Source of the DNA: a virus
Strand: one strand, 5' to 3'
IMG/VR virus record: IMGVR_UViG_3300045988_119718
Coordinates: 1 to 64,000 of that record
Length of the DNA stretch: 64,000 nucleotides
The notes beneath the pieces are model-generated. The model saw nothing but the letters and a program-made list of their open reading frames with translations, was not told the origin of the DNA and ran no database searches. Of the stretch, positions 58,586 to 64,000 are shown in pieces; position 1 is the stretch's first letter; each line of letters starts with the position of its first letter. The position numbers and the translations under genes are program-made.

Positions 58586-60985
58586 TTATTCCGTTACTGG
58601 AATAATACTTACAATACCTGAACTATCAATAAGCTTATCTCCACTACTAATGGATGAACTATCTTTCAATTCATTAATATTAATAATCTTACTTCCTCTG
58701 TTTGTAATGATATTAAAGCTATCATTATCCTTACAAACTAAGATATTATAAATACCATCATTCTTTCCTAACTTAATCACACTATTACCAGACTTACCTC
58801 TGGAAGATAATGGAATAATATTAAGTGGAACTTTATTTACTCTACCAGAATTTGTAATAGCTACTACATATTTAGAATCTGGAGTAATGCATGTAAACCC
58901 ATCTATTGGATATTTGCTTCTCATAGCTACATTACCCTTAGTACTTCTATTAAGTAATGGAGCTTCCATACCAGACATACGTAATACCTTATTCTTAGAA
59001 TAAATGATAAGTTCATTCATAGGATTCATAAGAATGATATCAGTAATATAGTCCCCTTCATTAAGTTTAGCATACATTAATCCAGATACAGTTACATTCA
59101 TAACTTCACTAATATCCATACGTTTAAATAAGCCATCTTTGGTTAAAATGAAAATATCACATTCAATACCATCTTTCTCAAAGATAGACTTAATATTTTG
59201 AATACCAGATTCTGGAATTAATGTAGAAATACCTTCACCTACATATTTTTTTACTACCATTCTTAAATCTAATCCATTAGAACCAGGTTTAGAGAATGGA
59301 ATCTTATGTACTGGAAGTTTATATACTTTTGCTAATCTACTAAATAGAAGAATACTATCTTTATTATCTACTACAATAGAGAAATCAATCTTATCATTCT
59401 TAATAGAAGATTTATCATTCATATCCATCTTCTTAATGAAACCTTTTTCTGTAAGAACTACTTTAAAAGTTCCTTCGGGAATATTTTCTGCTTCATTAAT
59501 AGAAATAATTCTAGATCTTCTAGGACAACCATACTTCTTCTTAGCATCAATAAGTTCTTGCTTAATGATACTATCAATCTTCTCTACATGAAGACAATAA
59601 TCATAGTATCTATTAATATCTTCTTGCAGTTGCTGGTGCTCTGCTCTATAAGAATTCAGATACCCCAAACTGAGTCTCTTAATATTGGTATTTAATAAGA
59701 ACTTAGCCTGATTTGGTTTTACACCTTTGACTGTTCTCATAATGAATTCAATAAGTTCAGATTCGTCAGAGGATTTCTGCTTTCTAATCTTCTTTACGAT
59801 TTCATCAATCTTACCAGATTCAATTACTCTAATATACAAATCCAGTACATCCATTCTAGTTCTACATTCTTTAAGTTTATTAGAGAACAATCTTCCTTTA
59901 CGTTCTCTTCTAAAGTTAATGAAGTTCAATAAGTACTGTTTGTAATTCCAGCTTACAGGCATATTCTTATATAGAACTTCAAAATTAAGAGATGTAGTTT
60001 TCTCCAAAGAAGTAGTTGCATACAGAACTTGTTTTACAAAGTTTGGATCTGCACCTTTCTTTAAAGAAATAATAACTTGGAATACTTGTTCTGGATTCTT
60101 AGATTTTAAATCTGGAATCTTAGAGTTATTTAAGATATCTACTACCTGTGGAAGCTGATTAGCTTCTTTAAGTTTTTCAATCTTATCTCTAATAGATTCA
60201 AAGAATACCATAGATGGTAAAGTATTAATAAACAACGCTGGTCTATGATGAAATTCACCAATCTCAATCTTAGCCCTAGTTTTAAATTTACCTTTACCAG
60301 TCTTAGACATAGTTACCCAATCAGTATCAATAATATCAGAACCCTGAGGGTCATCTGGAATTAATATTACATCCGAATTTGGATGGTCAATCAAATGAAG
60401 TGTTGCATCAATAACTTCATTAATATTGAACTTAGGAATTTCTGTCTTTAATCCTACCGCAATACCAAAAGTACCATTAATGAGAAGATTAGGAATAGTA
60501 GCTGGTAAAAACATTGGTTCTTTATAATTACCATCATAGTTATCTTCCCAATCAGTAGATGCATAAGTTTCTTTCATATCACCAATTACACAATCTACTG
60601 CATATTTAGATAATGCTACTTCAGTATAACGTGGAGCCGCTGGCCCATCCCCCCAGATATTACCAAATGACCCCTGAGGATTAATCAACGGAACATAGCT
60701 TTCAAACCAATTTGCCATAGGTTTAATTGCCATTGCAACAGAAGTATCACCATGTGGGTGATACTTTTCAATTACTTTACCAGTAACTGATGCAGTCTTA
60801 ACGGTTTTCCCTTTAGCAGTTTGAGGGAAATCATTATAGAGTGCAAATATAATCTTTCTTTGTACAGGTTTTAATCCATCTTCACATGCTGGCAGCATAC
60901 GTTTTCTAGCTACATATACTGCATATGCTGTTAAGTCTTCATTAGTCTGCTTAACAATATTTTCTTCAATAATTTTTTCAGACAT
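58586..60985 (-). CDS. type IIA DNA topoisomerase A subunit (GyrA/ParC/T4 gp52-like)
   Basis: DGLKPVQRKIIFA; catalytic-Tyr region AAPRYTEVALSKYA (compare GyrA AMRYTE); 799 aa; SD AAGGGAGGTTATAAA-ATG. Confidence 0.8.
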   Translation of the reverse strand: MSEKIIEENIVKQTNEDLTAYAVYVARKRMLPACEDGLKPVQRKIIFALYNDFPQTAKGKTVKTASVTGKVIEKYHPHGDTSVAMAIKPMANWFESYVPLINPQGSFGNIWGDGPAAPRYTEVALSKYAVDCVIGDMKETYASTDWEDNYDGNYKEPMFLPATIPNLLINGTFGIAVGLKTEIPKFNINEVIDATLHLIDHPNSDVILIPDDPQGSDIIDTDWVTMSKTGKGKFKTRAKIEIGEFHHRPALFINTLPSMVFFESIRDKIEKLKEANQLPQVVDILNNSKIPDLKSKNPEQVFQVIISLKKGADPNFVKQVLYATTSLEKTTSLNFEVLYKNMPVSWNYKQYLLNFINFRRERKGRLFSNKLKECRTRMDVLDLYIRVIESGKIDEIVKKIRKQKSSDESELIEFIMRTVKGVKPNQAKFLLNTNIKRLSLGYLNSYRAEHQQLQEDINRYYDYCLHVEKIDSIIKQELIDAKKKYGCPRRSRIISINEAENIPEGTFKVVLTEKGFIKKMDMNDKSSIKNDKIDFSIVVDNKDSILLFSRLAKVYKLPVHKIPFSKPGSNGLDLRMVVKKYVGEGISTLIPESGIQNIKSIFEKDGIECDIFILTKDGLFKRMDISEVMNVTVSGLMYAKLNEGDYITDIILMNPMNELIIYSKNKVLRMSGMEAPLLNRSTKGNVAMRSKYPIDGFTCITPDSKYVVAITNSGRVNKVPLNIIPLSSRGKSGNSVIKLGKNDGIYNILVCKDNDSFNIITNRGSKIININELKDSSSISSGDKLIDSSGIVSIIPVTE

Positions 60986-61132
60986 TTTATAACCTCCCTT
61001 AATAATTAATGAGATGTCGTCATATATATAATATCTAACTTATTTAATATTTATTGAAGAACTATATAGTATGGAGGTAAAAAAGAAAAGTGGTAGTTCA
61101 CCTTTCTTTATAATATAATTTATGAAATAAAC

Positions 61133-61393
61133 TTATTGTTTATAGTCACAAATTCTACATGGCATAGATATAATATCTGCTGGGGTAGCATTGACATCTA
61201 ATACCATGAATGCATAATCATTATTAGAATTTTTATTTTTATCAATAAAAATTTTTCTAATTTGATCCATACTAAGTAACTTGCTATTAATTTTAAAACT
61301 TTTAACAAGTTTATAGTATTTCTCTTTAGCATTATATTTAAATTCGGCAAGACGCTTATCGCAATCCTGCTCAAAAATAATATTATTAAGCAT
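61133..61393 (-). CDS. small Cys-containing protein, paralog 3 of a tandem family (..DYAFMVLDV..CRICDYKQ)
   Basis: shared motifs with 61733..62008 and 62190..62465. Confidence 0.5.
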   Translation of the reverse strand: MLNNIIFEQDCDKRLAEFKYNAKEKYYKLVKSFKINSKLLSMDQIRKIFIDKNKNSNNDYAFMVLDVNATPADIISMPCRICDYKQ

Positions 61394-61545
61394 GCATATT
61401 CACCTCCATTATGATAGTCTTATCTAAATCTACTAGATAGGGCTAGATTAAATATAAACCTAAAGATTCATATTCATAGGTATAATATACAATTTAAAAA
61501 ATACTCCATACCAATATTGGTATGGAGTATAATAAAAAAAAATAA

Positions 61546-61699
61546 AAGCTTAAGAAGCAAAAGACTAAACTCGACTTGTTTAATCTATACTTCTTAAGCA
61601 ATAGCAAATGAATAGGTATTAATGTTTAGCAATTAAAGTAGCACAAAAATATTTTGATTGATTAAGAAAATAACTGTAAAGCTAAACTACCTATTCATA
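61546..61699. ncRNA. candidate structured RNA or regulatory element in a 340-bp intergenic region
   Basis: 10-bp perfect inverted repeat GCTTAAGAAG..CTTCTTAAGC (61546-61600); nested stems ATGAATAGGTA..TACCTATTCAT (11 bp) and GTTTAGC..GCTAAAC (61601-61699); terminator hairpin TACTCCATACCAATATTGGTATGGAGTA at 61501-61528. Confidence 0.3.
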
Positions 61700-61732
61700 T
61701 AAATAATATATAATTATTAATTTTATTATCCA

Positions 61733-62008
61733 TCAACACAATAGTGAGGGATTTAGATTATACTGCTTTCGTTTTGCACGATCACATATTCGCATGCCTG
61801 TATAAATTTCTTGGCATGGCTTATCCGTCACATTGAGTATAGAATATGCAAAGTCATTATTAAATGATTTATTCATTCTAATAAAGCTGTCTTTTATGGA
61901 TTTCATATTCTCTTTTGACGGATTAATGATATACTCGTCAATAAAATGATAGCACTCGTCTTTATCATTGTAAACAAATCTAACGAGTTTTTTAAGATGA
62001 TTATTCAT
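61733..62008 (-). CDS. small Cys-containing protein, paralog 2 (..NDFAYSILNV..RICDRAK)
   Basis: paralog family; conserved upstream palindrome. Confidence 0.5.
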   Translation of the reverse strand: MNNHLKKLVRFVYNDKDECYHFIDEYIINPSKENMKSIKDSFIRMNKSFNNDFAYSILNVTDKPCQEIYTGMRICDRAKRKQYNLNPSLLC

Positions 62009-62122
62009 AATTGAATTCCTCCTATCATCCTTCCAATAGTTGCCTCTATTGGAAGGATAAATAAAAATATTTTAATGGATTAATTATCCATAGTTATAAT
62101 ATATAATTTAAACAATATTTAT

Positions 62123-62146
62123 CTAGTACCTCATATAAGGTACTAG
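62123..62146. promoter_or_regulatory. 24-bp palindrome (1 mismatch) upstream of paralog 2; candidate operator or terminator
   Basis: CTAGTACCTCATATAAGGTACTAG followed by the conserved ATAAACTTTTGATTTA(A/G)G(T/G)AGGTGTATGAA(T/C)AACTAA. Confidence 0.45.
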
Positions 62147-62189
62147 ATAAACTTTTGATTTAAGTAGGTGTATGAATAACTAATATTAT

Positions 62190-62465
62190 TTATTTCTTTG
62201 ATATAAAATGTTTATCTTTACGATCACAAATTCTAGTTTTAGTATAGATTCTATTCTTAGGAATATCATGTATACCTATTAAACTAAATGCAAAATCATT
62301 ATTATTTTTATTTAATCTAATGAATTCATCACGTATCGATTGTATTGGAGTTAGATTTAAATCAACTATAAAGTTTTCTACTAAATGATAGCACTTATTG
62401 TCATCATCATAATGATATTTTGCTAACCGTTTTAAATTAGAAAAATTTGTTAAATTATTTGTCAT
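62190..62465 (-). CDS. small Cys-containing protein, paralog 1 (..NDFAFSLIGI..RICDRKD)
   Basis: paralog family; SD AAAGGAGGAATTTATT-ATG. Confidence 0.5.
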   Translation of the reverse strand: MTNNLTNFSNLKRLAKYHYDDDNKCYHLVENFIVDLNLTPIQSIRDEFIRLNKNNNDFAFSLIGIHDIPKNRIYTKTRICDRKDKHFISKK

Positions 62466-62557
62466 AATAAATTCCTCCTTTTATCTTTTCAAATATAGAG
62501 ATAATAAAATATTTGATTTACTCATAAATATATTATATAACTGAAAAAGTGTATTAT

Positions 62558-62581
62558 CCAGTACCTCATATGAGGTACTGG
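62558..62581. promoter_or_regulatory. perfect 24-bp palindrome CCAGTACCTCATATGAGGTACTGG upstream of paralog 1 and just downstream of the dUTPase gene
   Basis: second copy of the ~60-bp conserved element. Confidence 0.5.
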
Positions 62582-62623
62582 ATAAACTTTTGATTTAGGA
62601 GGTGTATGAACAACTAAATATAT

Positions 62624-63175
62624 TTATTTACCAGTAGAACCAAATCCACCAGTTCTAATACCATTAGAGGTATCATCATCTACTGTATAGAATGGTAGAA
62701 TAATACCTTGTGCTATTTTTTCATTTTTATCTATAATAAGAGATGAATCTGTAATATCTAAATTTTTTAATGCTATAATAATATCTCCTTCATTATCAGC
62801 ATTTACATAATCTGAATCGATGATACCGATAGTGTTAGCCAGCATCATTCCTAACCCTTTTTTAGATGCACTAGATCTAGGAGATATTTGAAGAATTTTA
62901 TCTTTATCCAAGAAAATTCTAATACCGGTTGGAATAAATACTCTATCTGTAAAAGTAAGAGTAGTAAATGGATTTTTAAAATCGTACCCTGCTGACCCAG
63001 ATGTAGATCTTGCAGGAACACTAATATTTTCATATGCTTGTTCAAAATAATCCATTAATTTATCGTCTTGAACTTTTAATGAATCATCTTTAATATAATC
63101 ATAAATAATTAAAGTACTTAACCATTTTTTGCAGTCTTTAATAAAAGTTTCTTTAGATACTTTTTCAAATCTCAT
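62624..63175 (-). CDS. dut: dUTP pyrophosphatase (trimeric dUTPase)
   Basis: ARSTSGSAGYDF, GIIDSDY and C-terminal RTGGFGSTG motifs. Confidence 0.9.
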   Translation of the reverse strand: MRFEKVSKETFIKDCKKWLSTLIIYDYIKDDSLKVQDDKLMDYFEQAYENISVPARSTSGSAGYDFKNPFTTLTFTDRVFIPTGIRIFLDKDKILQISPRSSASKKGLGMMLANTIGIIDSDYVNADNEGDIIIALKNLDITDSSLIIDKNEKIAQGIILPFYTVDDDTSNGIRTGGFGSTGK

Positions 63176-63186
63176 AACGGTGTCTC

Positions 63187-63705
63187 CTATTCATCATAAT
63201 AATTATCTTGTTCTATTTCAACTACTTCACCTTTTTCAAGGCTAGTCTTAACATCTATAAACCTTTGATTGAAAGAACCTCTAAATGACTGGCTATAGTC
63301 TTTTCTTTCCATTAGAAATGGGCCATCTACGACTACATCGCACAGAGATGCTAACTCTTTTCTAGAACTATCTTTAATTAAGTCTTCCCAAGTAAACCCA
63401 GTATAAGCCCAAATATCTTTATCGGGAAATCTAGACTTAAATTCTTTTACAAAGGGAATTAATTCTTTAGAAGAATAGAAGGGATCACCTCCTGTTAAAG
63501 TAATCCCATCTAATAAATCATTACTCTCAATCTGATCAAATATCTCTAATTGTTTTCCTTCGTCAAATACTTTACCATATTTAAAATTCCATGTTTGAGG
63601 ATTATGGCAGTGCTTACAACGATGATTACAACCAGAGATAAATATTGCCATTCTAATTCCAGGGCCATCTACGATACTATTATCTTCAATACCAGCTAAT
63701 CTCAT
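63187..63705 (-). CDS. nrdG: anaerobic ribonucleotide reductase activating protein (radical SAM)
   Basis: [22 protein letters not shown] (CxxxCxxC radical-SAM cluster typical of NrdG); 172 aa; SD TAGGAGAAGTAAAA-ATG. Confidence 0.85.
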   Translation of the reverse strand: MRLAGIEDNSIVDGPGIRMAIFISGCNHRCKHCHNPQTWNFKYGKVFDEGKQLEIFDQIESNDLLDGITLTGGDPFYSSKELIPFVKEFKSRFPDKDIWAYTGFTWEDLIKDSSRKELASLCDVVVDGPFLMERKDYSQSFRGSFNQRFIDVKTSLEKGEVVEIEQDNYYDE

Positions 63706-63728
63706 TTTTACTTCTCCTAGTTTATAAC

Positions 63729-64000
63729 TTACAGTGTATGTTTTACCCTATCATTAGTTTCAGAAATTTTACCTTTATTAAACTTACGATAATCAGTGGT
63801 GATATAACCAGTAACTCTACGGAGTCTCTTAATATCATCAGAACCACATGCAGGGCAATGCTCTTCAATTTCTCCACTGAATCCACAATGATTGCATGTA
63901 TCAATAGGGAAATTAATAGCAAAGTATGGAATACGCTCATTATTCATAGCATAGTTAATAATCTTTTCTACAGCTCTAGGATTATTAATTACACCAGAAT
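63729..64000 (-). CDS. nrdD: anaerobic ribonucleotide reductase catalytic subunit, C-terminal end. The ORF continues beyond the window; the track start at 63947 is internal.
   Basis: C-terminal Zn ribbon CNHCG..CPACG and glycyl-radical motif RRVTGY; the frame is open to position 64000. Confidence 0.75.
   Translation of the reverse strand, partial: SGVINNPRAVEKIINYAMNNERIPYFAINFPIDTCNHCGFSGEIEEHCPACGSDDIKRLRRVTGYITTDYRKFNKGKISETNDRVKHTL

Noticed and set aside
62172-62183. Conserved plus-strand mini-ORF ATG-AAY-AAC-TAA (M-N-N) with GGAGGTG/GTAGGTG upstream, present in both copies of the 60-bp element
   Set aside because: Three codons only, and the SD is degraded in one copy. The conservation is explained by duplication of the whole element, so it is probably not a functional ORF.
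62606-62620. Minus-strand CACCTCCT in the conserved element resembling the 16S rRNA 3' end (anti-SD)
   Set aside because: This is the short reverse complement of an SD-like GGAGGTG; it is most likely coincidental and there is no rRNA context.
1-64000. Alternative genetic code (stop-codon reassignment), as in some large gut phages
   Set aside because: Long ORFs of 790-898 aa are intact under the standard code and TAA, TAG and TGA all terminate well-supported genes. The single in-frame TAA at 9309-9311 sits in a decaying paralog.
1-64000. Integrase, att sites, transposase, CRISPR or restriction-modification/defence-island signatures
   Set aside because: No tyrosine or serine recombinase, DDE, Cas, methyltransferase or restriction-like motifs were recognised. 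The window reads as a core lytic phage genome segment with accessory morons.

Overview
This window is AT-rich (about 25-30% GC locally) and densely packed with genes, mostly on the minus strand. It uses the standard genetic code, with Shine-Dalgarno sites of the AGGAG(A)AGTAATT-ATG type and many hairpin terminators. The content is typical of a large (jumbo-like) virulent dsDNA phage, not a bacterial chromosome.

Recognisable by motif:
- a T4/RB69-like family-B DNA polymerase carrying exonuclease motifs and motif A only
- an SbcC/Rad50-like ATPase
- a DnaG-like primase
- a RecA/UvsX-like recombinase
- an NAD-dependent DNA ligase
- a type-IIA topoisomerase A subunit
- dUTPase, NrdG and a partial NrdD (anaerobic ribonucleotide reductase, suggesting an anaerobic host)
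- a GroEL-family chaperonin
- a tubulin/FtsZ-family GTPase (PhuZ/TubZ-like)
- two separate genes that together look like a split, highly diverged RNA polymerase beta subunit (RpoB)

Together these point to a nucleus-forming or spindle-forming jumbo phage with its own multisubunit RNA polymerase, from an AT-rich and probably anaerobic host.

Accessory content:
- four BspA-type leucine-rich-repeat (LRR) paralogs sharing N- and C-terminal modules; some are decayed by an in-frame stop or a frameshift, and three form a cassette bracketed by ~60-bp direct repeats
- a 510-aa polyacidic tandem-repeat protein
- sharply GC-rich islands, including a 683-aa gene at ~45% GC and small genes at 42-52% GC
- a frameshifted dCMP-deaminase-like gene
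- a tandem family of small Cys-containing proteins, each with a 24-bp palindrome upstream
- a structured 340-bp intergenic region
- a recurring self-complementary GGTATATACC core in terminator hairpins

All calls rest on reading the sequence and recalled motifs; no database search was possible.
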